Notes under the pieces: model-generated
Told to the model about the DNA's origin: nothing
What the model saw: the letters and a program-made list of their open reading frames with translations, nothing else
Databases searched by the model: none
Virus record (IMG/VR): IMGVR_UViG_3300009509_000010
Location: 1-64,000 of that record
Source of the DNA: a virus
Length of the DNA: 64,000 nucleotides
Direction: 5' to 3' (one strand)
Shown: piece after piece, positions 17,438 through 26,798 of the stretch
How the letters are laid out: each line of letters begins with the position of its first letter
Position numbering within the stretch: position 1 is the stretch's first letter
Made by a program: the position numbers and the translations under genes

Positions 17438-17812
17438 ATGGCCAACGAAACTCAAGGGGCCCCGTATGCTGCCCCCAAGTATTCCCGTCACCGAACCGCG
17501 GTGACCGCGGCCGACGCCGCCATAATGACCGATCGAAAGGTCGGTTGTAACTGCGAGGGTTACACCCACGCCCATATCCAGGTGATCCCAACTGGCGGAG
17601 CGAATCCGACGGTTGAGGTTTTGTGGTGGAGCGAGGCGGCGAGCAAATTTGTGGAGGACCACGTTTTGATTTCCAAGGCGGGCAAGGGTGCAAACGTCCC
17701 GTTTGAATTCACGGTTGATTGTAGGGGCCGGATCATGTTTGTCCGATTCGACCTATTAACGGCCGGGACTTGCGAGGTTATGGTTTCAGGATTCCACACA
17801 AGTCAACTCTAG
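17438..17812 (+). CDS. Small virion-like beta-rich protein
   Basis: SD GAGGT; beta-strand pattern; directly precedes TerL. Confidence 0.6.
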   Translation: MANETQGAPYAAPKYSRHRTAVTAADAAIMTDRKVGCNCEGYTHAHIQVIPTGGANPTVEVLWWSEAASKFVEDHVLISKAGKGANVPFEFTVDCRGRIMFVRFDLLTAGTCEVMVSGFHTSQL

Positions 17813-17813
17813 T

Positions 17814-19280
17814 ATGGGCGAGCCGATCCCATTGTTACCTACCGGTGACAAGCTGGCCACGGCGGGCCGGGATGCATTGATCGACTATTTCGATCATTGC
17901 AAATCAATGGCCAACGAGTGGATTTATCGCCAGGTGGTGGAAAACCAACGCGTTGATATTTTGGCCGCGATCCTTGGTTATTCTGTTCAACCGTTTCACC
18001 TGGCCCTAATGAAGTTTCAGATCGAGCACCCGGACAATTTGCAGCTTTGTTTTCGAGGTGCGGGCAAAACCACCACGTGTACCGTGACCCGGGCGATCTT
18101 TATGATGATCCGAAACCGGGACATCAGGATTTTGATCGCGAGCAAAACCAAGGGCAACGCCGAGGCTTTTTTGAAGGAGATCAAGGGCCACCTCGAGGAA
18201 AATTCTCGGTTGATCGAGATCTTCGGGGCCTTTTACGATCCCAACTTGGTGGGTAAGTGGGACAATACCGAGATCGAGATCCTTGGCCGCAAACGCAAAT
18301 CAAAAGAGAGCACGATCACGGTGGTTGGTGTTTCGGGCGCGGTCGTTTCAAAGCACTATGATGCGATCTTGGCCGACGATTTGGTGGATGAGGAAAACGC
18401 CCGAACCAAGTATATGCGGGACCGGACAAAGCAATGGTATTACCAGACCCTTTACCCTACGCTCGAGCCACCCGAGCTGGGCCACCTACACCGGGGCGAG
18501 TTTCACCGACTTGGAACACGATACCATTTTGACGATTTATGGGGCCACCTATTGGCCAACGAACTCAAGGACGATCACCAAATCATCCCAGCGCTCGACG
18601 AAAAAGAGCGCTCGCCTTGGCCTGAAAAGTACCGTCCCGATTGGTTCAAAAAGAAACGCGAGATATCAGGGACGATTATTTTCAACGCACAATACCAGTG
18701 TGACACCGAGGCGATGAAAGGGGCGATCTTTCAATATGATGATTGCCAGCTCGTTGACGCCGATAACGTGCCTTTGAATCTCAAAAAGTTTATGGGGGTG
18801 GACCTCGCGATCACGGAATCGGAGCAAAACGACTTGTTTGTGATCGTGGTGGGTGGGTTTGATTCGGTCGAAAATTGTTACGTGTTAGACTATTTCCAAG
18901 GTCACCTTCGTTTTGCGGCTCAGACATTGGCGATCAAACGGTACTACAAAAAACATGATCCGATCCGAGCGGCGATTGAGACGAATAGTTACCAGGCGGC
19001 CCAATATCAACACCTGAAAGACGAAGATCAAAGCTTGCGTTTGATGCCTTGCCATACCGAAAAAGACAAAATTTCACGAGCTTGGAAATTGTCGTCGAGG
19101 TTCGAACGTAAGCAAATGTTTTTCGTCAAGGGTGGCAATATGCATCATTTGATCGAGGCGTTGGTTTTGTTTCCAAGCCACCGCTACAAAGATCCGTTTG
19201 ACGGGCTCGACCTCATGATCCGGGCGAGCAAGTTACGACGTCGCCGCAAACGGCGGGGTCGAGAGCCGGGGTTGATGTAA
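17814..19280 (+). CDS. terL: Terminase large subunit
   Basis: Walker A FRGAGKTT, Walker B ILADDL, GTRYH, nuclease GVDLA...D; position before portal. Confidence 0.93.
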   Translation: MGEPIPLLPTGDKLATAGRDALIDYFDHCKSMANEWIYRQVVENQRVDILAAILGYSVQPFHLALMKFQIEHPDNLQLCFRGAGKTTTCTVTRAIFMMIRNRDIRILIASKTKGNAEAFLKEIKGHLEENSRLIEIFGAFYDPNLVGKWDNTEIEILGRKRKSKESTITVVGVSGAVVSKHYDAILADDLVDEENARTKYMRDRTKQWYYQTLYPTLEPPELGHLHRGEFHRLGTRYHFDDLWGHLLANELKDDHQIIPALDEKERSPWPEKYRPDWFKKKREISGTIIFNAQYQCDTEAMKGAIFQYDDCQLVDADNVPLNLKKFMGVDLAITESEQNDLFVIVVGGFDSVENCYVLDYFQGHLRFAAQTLAIKRYYKKHDPIRAAIETNSYQAAQYQHLKDEDQSLRLMPCHTEKDKISRAWKLSSRFERKQMFFVKGGNMHHLIEALVLFPSHRYKDPFDGLDLMIRASKLRRRRKRRGREPGLM

Positions 19281-21031
19281 TGTCCGACGCACAAAACCAA
19301 ACGAGCAACAAAGCCAACAAACGGGCTTTGAAGGCCACCATTATCGGCGTGCAAAAACAAGCGAAAACCTCGGTGGAGCCGGGACAGTCCAAGGCCCTCG
19401 CCGAGGACCCGTTCGAGGCGTTGACCTCCGAGGGGCGGCTGATCGAGCCCCCGTTCGATATGCTCACCTTGGCCATGTTGCCCGAACATTCGAGCGAGCT
19501 CGGCCAGTGTATTGAAGCAATGGAGGTGAATATCGAGGGGTTTGGTTATCGGTTTGTGCCCCGGATCCGCTCCGATGTCGATATGGCCGACGTAAACCCC
19601 GATTTGATCGAGGCAATGCGCCGGGAACGGATCGATTTGGTCAACTTTTTTCAATACGTTTCGGGTCGAAACAGTTGGACCGAAACAAGGCGGCGGTTGC
19701 GGCGAGACCTCGAAACGACGGGAAACGGTTATCTCGAAGTGGTTCGCAATGCAGCTGGTAAAATCCAAAGCCTAAATCACTTGCCATCCTATCAAATGCG
19801 GCTTGGTGGCCTCGACCAGGAGCCCATAAAGGTGTCATTGCCGATCCACGAGCTCCAAGGGGATGGCTCGGTGCGGATCGTTCGGGTGCCCTCGTGGGAG
19901 CGGTTTCGACGATACGCCCAAAGCAGGTCGTTGATCCTTCGCCATGCCACACATGTGGGCAAGTATGCGATCCGGTGGTTCAAAGATTTTGGTGACCCCC
20001 GTGTTTATGATTACGAGACGGGCGAGGAGGTTAGGGGCGAGGAGATCGCCAAACTCCCACCGGAGCGGCGGGCCAACGAGCTGATCCACTGTAAGCTTTA
20101 CAGCTCGAGGAGTCCCTATGGTTTACCCCGAACGATTGGCAACCTACTTTCGATCTTTGGAGCTCGAGCGGCTGAGGAGATTAACTATAATACATTTAAA
20201 TGCAATAATATCCCCAACATGTTGCTTTTGGTGTCAAACGGGCAGCTTACCGAGGGGTCGATCGAGCGAATTGAGGACTTTGTTGAATCCCAAATCCAAG
20301 GCTCAGACAACTACAGCAAATTTCTATTGATTGAGGCCGAGGCTCTTGGCGAGGAGGGCGAGGATACCGGACACGTCAAGATCGCGATCGAAAAGCTGAT
20401 CGACAGTCAACACAAGGACGCCTTGTTCCAAAATTACTCGGGCAACGCCGATGATCGGATCCGGCGGGCGTTTAGGTTGCCACCGATTCACGTGGGCAAG
20501 GCGGACGAATACACCCGAGCCACCGCCGAGACCTCGCGAAGGTTGGCCGACGAGCAAATTTTTGCACCCGAGCGGGATGCCCATGACGATGTGATCAACC
20601 GGTTGGTGTTTCCCGACATGGGGGTGATTTACCACAAGTATAGGTCAAACACTCCAAACACCACCGACAACGCCGAGCTTGTGAAGATCCTTGCGGGTGC
20701 CGAAAAAACCGGCGGAATGACGCCGAGAATTGCCCGGATTATGCTCGAGGACATTTTGGGTCAGGATTTGCCCGGTTTCCCAAAGGAGTTTGTGGACAAA
20801 GCCGATATGCCATTTTCGCTTTTGATGGCCGAGGCGGTCAAAAACAAGGCCGACCCCACCGAGCCGGGCCAACAGGTGACGGCGATCAAGGCCCTCGACC
20901 TAATCGAAAAACTCACCGGCGGCGAGCTTGCCGAGGCCGAGGAGGCCGAGCTTGCAAAAACCGCGGTGGCGATCAATCGACATTTTGAAAAGCGGTGGCG
21001 AGCTGAGGTCAAAACGCAGCTTGCGGGATAA
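19280..21031 (+). CDS. Portal protein (PBSX/HK97-like)
   Basis: DLETTGNGYLEVVRN, YGLP, FRLPPIHVG, YTRATA; follows TerL. Confidence 0.92.
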   Translation: MSDAQNQTSNKANKRALKATIIGVQKQAKTSVEPGQSKALAEDPFEALTSEGRLIEPPFDMLTLAMLPEHSSELGQCIEAMEVNIEGFGYRFVPRIRSDVDMADVNPDLIEAMRRERIDLVNFFQYVSGRNSWTETRRRLRRDLETTGNGYLEVVRNAAGKIQSLNHLPSYQMRLGGLDQEPIKVSLPIHELQGDGSVRIVRVPSWERFRRYAQSRSLILRHATHVGKYAIRWFKDFGDPRVYDYETGEEVRGEEIAKLPPERRANELIHCKLYSSRSPYGLPRTIGNLLSIFGARAAEEINYNTFKCNNIPNMLLLVSNGQLTEGSIERIEDFVESQIQGSDNYSKFLLIEAEALGEEGEDTGHVKIAIEKLIDSQHKDALFQNYSGNADDRIRRAFRLPPIHVGKADEYTRATAETSRRLADEQIFAPERDAHDDVINRLVFPDMGVIYHKYRSNTPNTTDNAELVKILAGAEKTGGMTPRIARIMLEDILGQDLPGFPKEFVDKADMPFSLLMAEAVKNKADPTEPGQQVTAIKALDLIEKLTGGELAEAEEAELAKTAVAINRHFEKRWRAEVKTQLAG

Positions 21032-22050
21032 TGCCAGTTGGAAACCTGTTCGATCAGGTCCGGGCCACCGACGAAACCGTGGCCAAGGCCCTCGGGATCT
21101 CCGAGGTGGCCCAGATTGCTCGAACAGAAACCAGGCTGAGGGAATACCTACTAGCCGAATGGAATAGCCGAGCTCGTGAGGCCGTAACCCAGGCGGCGGC
21201 GGGTGCTCGAGGAGGCGCAATCCCAAGCAAGATTTATCGGGAAGTGTCTGGAATTTTAAAGCCGTGGGGACCCGAGGTTGCCCCAAGGGTCGGGCGAGAG
21301 CTCGGAAAAATTTACCGGTTGGCCAAGGTGGCCGGATGGCGCAAGGCCACCGGGCAAACCAAGGCCCCATTGACGTATGACACACCCAATTTTGAACAAA
21401 TGGCCAAGGCCGCACCTCGTGATGGTTTCGCGGTTTTGCCCACGTTTGACAAGCTCGACACCGACACAATTGACGCCCTAGCCAATCAACAAGTTTTTTG
21501 GCTCGCGGCCCACTACGAGGAAAACGTGGGCGCAATGATCGCCTCGACTGTCTCGGAGGTGATGGCCCAAGAGGGGAGAAACCGTCAAGTTGCGGCGGCG
21601 GTTTTGCGGGAACGGCTAGCCGAAACCCTTGGGCAAGTGGTGACCCCGGCCGGGTGGCATGGGTCAACGCGGCAATATATGGAAGGGGTGGCCGCTAATG
21701 CTGCCACCGTTGGGCGTGCCTATGGCCAAGTGGCCGCGTTCAACGAGGCCGAGGTTATTCGCTACGAGATCGTCAACCCAACCGACGAGCGAACATGCCC
21801 GGTTTGTTCGCACATGGATGGCAAGGTATTTTCGACCGAGCATGCAAACCGCCAAGTGGCGGCCGAGCTCGAGGCCGAAAACCGGGAAGATATAAAGTCA
21901 ATTCATCCGTGGTATACCTACGCTAAGCTAACCGATATCAGCCCCAAGGCGGGTAACGTGAGCCCCCAAGACTCCGCCGCGCTAGCCAAGGCCGGTTACC
22001 CGTTGCCACCGTTCCATTTTCGGTGCCGTTGCGCGATCGATGTGAGTTAG
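21031..22050 (+). CDS. Minor head protein (SPP1 gp7 / Mu gpF-like)
   Basis: DERTCPVCSHMDGKVF ... PPFHFRCRC. Confidence 0.9.
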   Translation: MPVGNLFDQVRATDETVAKALGISEVAQIARTETRLREYLLAEWNSRAREAVTQAAAGARGGAIPSKIYREVSGILKPWGPEVAPRVGRELGKIYRLAKVAGWRKATGQTKAPLTYDTPNFEQMAKAAPRDGFAVLPTFDKLDTDTIDALANQQVFWLAAHYEENVGAMIASTVSEVMAQEGRNRQVAAAVLRERLAETLGQVVTPAGWHGSTRQYMEGVAANAATVGRAYGQVAAFNEAEVIRYEIVNPTDERTCPVCSHMDGKVFSTEHANRQVAAELEAENREDIKSIHPWYTYAKLTDISPKAGNVSPQDSAALAKAGYPLPPFHFRCRCAIDVS

Positions 22051-22059
22051 GAGGCCACC

Positions 22060-24648
22060 ATGCAAACCTCGATTACCTCGACTCGAAGGCGAGCCCGCCG
22101 GGCCCGCGTTGCCAAAACCATAACTACCGACGCGGTCGCCACAAGCGGCAAACTTGACGCCGCGAGTTTGCCCGGTGGTAGCGGGATCACCGAGTTGTTT
22201 GGTCTAGCCGTGACCAAAACCGCAGCGGACAAAATTTTTGCAGGTAAGGTCAAGGCGATTGCTAAAACCACCGATCACAATTTTGCAGGCCAGTTAGTGT
22301 TGATGTTGGTCAAAGGGCAAGCGGTGGGCGAGGTGGAGTTTGGCGAGCGGCTCGACTCCAAAACGTGGGCCGTTAAAACCACCAAGATTTTTGACCGGCC
22401 CAAGGCCACCAACGTGCCCGAGGCCGCCGAGGGTGTGGTGGGCGGGGTGCGGGTGCTCGAACGCCGCAAGGCGACATCAATTGATGAGCCGGTAACAAAA
22501 CAACGGGCTAGGGCCTACAACCCGAGCCGCGTGGTTGACCGGGTCCTTTTGTCTGACGTGCGAACCCTTGCCCAATGGGGCGAGGAGGTGGCGTTGAAAA
22601 AGGCCCTCGCCGAGGTAAAGCGCCGTGGTTTGGAGGTCGAGCGGCCCGATAAACTCGAGCTTGCCCCGGACAGTGAGATCGAAACCTTCGCCACCGTCGA
22701 GCTCGTGGCAGCTCACCAAGCGATCCATGTCAACAAGGGGTGGAGCTCCGAGGATATGGTGGGGACGCATGCCCGTATCGTGGCGGAGCTCGCCGATCGA
22801 GGCGTGCCACACCCCGAACCACCGCCGGGGTTGGATGCTCAATCGGTTGTTTTCGAGCCGGCCCGAGTGGCGGTTCTAAAATCAGCGGCCGAGGAGGCCC
22901 TTGGGGAGATCGTGGCAGCGGTCGAGCGATACCCCGTGTTGGTCCACAAGCGGGTCGAGGGGCGGCCGGTTACGGTCAGCAAAGCCAAGGATCAGGTCAA
23001 GGTGGTGGCCGAGGACGGGGCCGATTTAACCGCCGAGGTTCCCGCGGTCGTTGAAACGATCCGAGCTCTCAAATCCGAGGCGGTGGAGCTCGAGGGGGTT
23101 CTCGAGCCATGGCATGGGGGCGAGGTTTTCCAGGTTCAAGATCTCAGCTATGACGGCCGAGACCTCCGGGATTGGCCCGTTAGCAAGCGGCTCGAGCGGC
23201 TCGCCGAGCTTGGGATCCCGCAAGCTACAAGCGCAATTCCGAGCTTGACGGCCCCCGTCAACGAGTTACCCCCGTTGGAGGCGACCACCGCCGAAACGCT
23301 CGAGCGGGCGATCCGTGTGGTCAAACGGTTGCCCGGTAGTGTTGGGGCCGTGGTCAAGCCCGCCGAGTCGGTGGACCCGGGCGAATGGTTGGAGCTCGAG
23401 GCCGAGCCCGTAACCAAGCTCGAATCAAAAGGCCCTCAAAAATTTGTATTGTGGGCAAATCAACTTTTGGTGGGCGACCGAGCGGGAAAATTGGCCGAGC
23501 GGTGGATCTTGGATTCCACCGACGTCGAGACCACCGAGCAAATCGCCAAACGGGCGGCCCCCGTTCCCAAGGATGCTTTGTCCGCCGGTGTCGGTGGGGT
23601 GACTGATCACGGTGAGGTCGAAACGGGGGCGGTCAAACCGTGGTTGCGGGAATATTTTTTGCGAGGCCAAACAACGGGCAACCGGTTGTTGATCCGCAAG
23701 CTTACGTTTGGTGAGCTGCAAAAGGCCCAACATTCATACACCCAATGTATGGCATGCAAGGCGGCCCCCGAAATTGATGTTTTGTGGGCCGACGGGCGTG
23801 GGCGGGCGTGGTTTTGTAAGGGTTGTTATCCAAAGTGGCTCCACAAAGGGGGCGGCTCCAAAGACCTCGAGGTAATCGGTACCAAAGCGATTATCGGCGG
23901 TCGAGCCCCAGCGAAGTATTCGGACCGTCATAATCGGGTGACAACTACCAAGGCCGCCGAGCCACACCCTCTCGGTGGTTGGCTTGTGGTGCGGGCAAAA
24001 GACCCGACGCCTTCGGTCCTTACCGGTGAGGCCGTAACCAAACGGTGGATCCCGCCGCTTGGTGTGTCAGCTTTGCCCGAGGTGGTGGCCGAGCAGGTGC
24101 CTACCGAGCTCGCCTATTGGCGGGCCCAGACATTGGCTGAGGCTCGAGAGCTCCGAGATCAGCTTGTGTCAAAGATCGACACAAAGGAGATCGAGCTCGA
24201 TTTGACCACAGTTTACACTGCCAAACCATCAAATCCGATCACCGAGGTGTCAACCAATGACACCGAGGGGACGGCGGATCTCTTTGTTCCTATTGCCAAA
24301 ATTGACACCGACCGGCAAATTGTGACAGGGATTGTATTAGAGCCGGGCGAGGTTGATGCTCAAAACGACACCGTTAGCGATGAAGTTATCGAGCGGGCCT
24401 CGATCAATTTTCTTTCCCGGTATAATTCCGAAACCCAGCTAGGTTTGATGCACAAGGCCTTTGGAGACATAGGCCTGCAACTTGCCGCTAGTTGGGTAGC
24501 ACTGACAAATCAAACGCTTGGCAAAAAGAAAGTTAAGCGGGGCTCGTGGCTGATGTCAATGAAGGTTATCGATTCGAAACTTTGGGAACGCGTCAAAAAG
24601 GGCGAGTTTACCGGATTTTCGATCGGTGGCGTGGCCAAGGTGCGTTAA
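22060..24648 (+). CDS. Multidomain head protein: degenerate ASCH-like, ligase-like and phosphoesterase-like modules plus C-terminal XkdF-type prohead serine protease
   Basis: C-terminal IVTGIVLEP..DAQND, GLMH, W..VKKGEFTGFSIGG; central DGRDLRDWPVSKRLERL ligase-like signature. Confidence 0.75.
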   Translation: MQTSITSTRRRARRARVAKTITTDAVATSGKLDAASLPGGSGITELFGLAVTKTAADKIFAGKVKAIAKTTDHNFAGQLVLMLVKGQAVGEVEFGERLDSKTWAVKTTKIFDRPKATNVPEAAEGVVGGVRVLERRKATSIDEPVTKQRARAYNPSRVVDRVLLSDVRTLAQWGEEVALKKALAEVKRRGLEVERPDKLELAPDSEIETFATVELVAAHQAIHVNKGWSSEDMVGTHARIVAELADRGVPHPEPPPGLDAQSVVFEPARVAVLKSAAEEALGEIVAAVERYPVLVHKRVEGRPVTVSKAKDQVKVVAEDGADLTAEVPAVVETIRALKSEAVELEGVLEPWHGGEVFQVQDLSYDGRDLRDWPVSKRLERLAELGIPQATSAIPSLTAPVNELPPLEATTAETLERAIRVVKRLPGSVGAVVKPAESVDPGEWLELEAEPVTKLESKGPQKFVLWANQLLVGDRAGKLAERWILDSTDVETTEQIAKRAAPVPKDALSAGVGGVTDHGEVETGAVKPWLREYFLRGQTTGNRLLIRKLTFGELQKAQHSYTQCMACKAAPEIDVLWADGRGRAWFCKGCYPKWLHKGGGSKDLEVIGTKAIIGGRAPAKYSDRHNRVTTTKAAEPHPLGGWLVVRAKDPTPSVLTGEAVTKRWIPPLGVSALPEVVAEQVPTELAYWRAQTLAEARELRDQLVSKIDTKEIELDLTTVYTAKPSNPITEVSTNDTEGTADLFVPIAKIDTDRQIVTGIVLEPGEVDAQNDTVSDEVIERASINFLSRYNSETQLGLMHKAFGDIGLQLAASWVALTNQTLGKKKVKRGSWLMSMKVIDSKLWERVKKGEFTGFSIGGVAKVR

Positions 24649-25502
24649 TGGCGACAAAAGATCAACTCGCAAAGGCTCGGGAACTCTTGGATCTAGACGT
24701 CCGGGAGGTCTCGTTGGTTGACCGGCCCGCAAACTTGCGGCCGTTTTTGATTGTGAAACGTCAAACCGAGGACCACCTCGGTGAGTTTGAGATCGAGCCC
24801 TCGGTTGTCGAGTGGCTGGAAAAAGTGGCGGTGTCCCCTGGGGCCCCCACCGAGTCAATTCGGGCCTTGACGGCCGTTTTAGCAGGAGGTGAACCCGTGG
24901 ACCCCAAACAAGAGACCAAAGATCAGGCTGAGGACCAAGCCGTGGATCAGAATGCCACCGCGGCCGAACCCACCGCCGAACCCGTAACGAAAACCGAGCC
25001 GGCGGCCGAACCCGAGACCGTAACCGAGGCCGAGCCGGCGGCCGAACCCGTGGCCAAGAATGAGCCTATGGCGGAGCCAGATCCGGACGATCAACCCATG
25101 GTGGTGATCAAGCGGGATGGTTCGATCCATGTGTCCGGACAACAGGTTCAAAAAGCCAAGACCTTTGGCAAGGCGAAAACCGCCACCTTGCAAAACGCGG
25201 TTAGTGCGTTGGCCAAGTTGCTTGGTGACGTATCCGAGGACGCACTAAAGGCGGCCATGTTGCCCTATTCGGATCCAACGAAAAAAGTGGACACCACCAA
25301 GGCCGTGGATCCGGAACAGACAAACACCGCGGATCCGATTGAGTTGATCACCAAGGCGGTGGCCTCGGCCCTCGAGCCAATCACCAAGCGGCTCGACGAG
25401 ATCGAGAAAACTCGCAATCCGTCTCAGTCCGTCGAGGGTGACGGCGGGACCGAAAGCCGACAAACCAAGGTCAACAAATCAATTTGGGCCGGGGTGCTCT
25501 AG
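24648..25502 (+). CDS. Scaffold protein with N-terminal EVSLVDRPAN protease-like segment
   Basis: EVSLVDRPAN motif, acidic AEP-repeat linker, coiled coil; directly precedes the major capsid gene. Confidence 0.75.
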   Translation: MATKDQLAKARELLDLDVREVSLVDRPANLRPFLIVKRQTEDHLGEFEIEPSVVEWLEKVAVSPGAPTESIRALTAVLAGGEPVDPKQETKDQAEDQAVDQNATAAEPTAEPVTKTEPAAEPETVTEAEPAAEPVAKNEPMAEPDPDDQPMVVIKRDGSIHVSGQQVQKAKTFGKAKTATLQNAVSALAKLLGDVSEDALKAAMLPYSDPTKKVDTTKAVDPEQTNTADPIELITKAVASALEPITKRLDEIEKTRNPSQSVEGDGGTESRQTKVNKSIWAGVL

Positions 25503-25545
25503 CCGTTTTGGCAAGGCCGACCGAAACCTTTGAGGAGGAAAGATT

Positions 25546-26745
25546 ATGTCAGGTATCCCAAACGAAGAGCTGATCGCCAAAGCGGTAATCACAACCGACG
25601 CGTTGGCCGCAAATGGCAAACTCAATGATAAGCAGTCCGACATGTTCATCGATTACGTGATCGACGAGTCGGTTTTGAAAAACAACGCCAGGGTGGTCAA
25701 GTTTCGCAACGAAAACTTGAACATTGACAAGATCGGCGTAGGTGGCCGGGTGGCCTACCCCAAAGCTGAGGCCGCGGATCCGGGCCACCGCCGAGGCGTG
25801 TCAACGAGTCAAATTCAGTTGACACCACGAGAAATCATCGTCCCGTTCGAGATCGGTGACCTGTTCAAGGAGGTATCCCTTGAGGCACCCGAGCGAATCG
25901 AGGACCACATTATCAAAATGATGGCCGCGCAACTGGCCAACGATATGGAAGAGCTCTATATCCTTGGCGATACGGTGGGGCCAGCGATCCTTGAGTCGGA
26001 ATATCACGACAACGGAAGCTCGACCCAATACGTCAAGGACAGCTATTTGGCCTTGGCCGACGGGTGGAGCCGGTTGGCCGACGGGGCCAATGTGGTGGAC
26101 GCGCAAGGAGCCAACATTGGGCTGAGCATTTTCGGCCAAATGTTGCGAGCCATGCCCACCAAATTCCGACGCAACAAGCGGGCCCTCCGGTGGTTCCTGA
26201 GTCCCGACCTTTGGCAGCTCTACAGTGAAAAACTGAGCACCCGCGCCACCGCGCTCGGTGACTCCGCCGCGGGCGGGGGCGATCATGGCCCCTATGGTGT
26301 CAGTGCGGTTGAGGTGCCTTTGTGGCCGTTGCAACCCAAGGTGGTGCAACATGTGCAATTGAACGGGACCACCGCGGTCGCGTTGCGGTTTGGGCCGATC
26401 TCTAGCGTGGTCGTTTCAACCGAGACGCTTGGAGCGACACCCGAGACCCCGTTCGTTGAAACGACCGATTATGTTCTCGACACAACGGCGGGCACGATTG
26501 CCAGAACCGGTGGTGGGTCGATCGGTGATGGTGATACGGTCAAAGTGACCTATGATGCCAATCCGCAAGTTTTGCTAACCCATATGAACAATTTCATCGT
26601 GGGTATCGGTCGGGATATCAAGATCGAAAAAGACCGCAATATTTACAAGGGCGTGAACGAATACGCGATCCACGCCCGCGTTGCGGTTCAATTCGAGGAA
26701 CTGACGGCGATCGTCAAAGCCAAAAACATCGGAACAGGCGTATAA
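25546..26745 (+). CDS. Major capsid protein (HK97 fold) with an inserted beta domain
   Basis: Strong SD GAGGAGG; G.LN..QSDMFIDYVIDES, LANDMEEL..LGD; position after scaffold. Confidence 0.9.
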   Translation: MSGIPNEELIAKAVITTDALAANGKLNDKQSDMFIDYVIDESVLKNNARVVKFRNENLNIDKIGVGGRVAYPKAEAADPGHRRGVSTSQIQLTPREIIVPFEIGDLFKEVSLEAPERIEDHIIKMMAAQLANDMEELYILGDTVGPAILESEYHDNGSSTQYVKDSYLALADGWSRLADGANVVDAQGANIGLSIFGQMLRAMPTKFRRNKRALRWFLSPDLWQLYSEKLSTRATALGDSAAGGGDHGPYGVSAVEVPLWPLQPKVVQHVQLNGTTAVALRFGPISSVVVSTETLGATPETPFVETTDYVLDTTAGTIARTGGGSIGDGDTVKVTYDANPQVLLTHMNNFIVGIGRDIKIEKDRNIYKGVNEYAIHARVAVQFEELTAIVKAKNIGTGV

Positions 26746-26798
26746 ACGGCGGCGAATCGCGGCGGTTTTAGTCATTGCCATTGATTGGAGGTCTCAAG

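Noticed and set aside
22930-23400. Active DNA ligase annotation
   Set aside because: The catalytic Lys and acidic residues of motifs I, III, IV and V appear substituted
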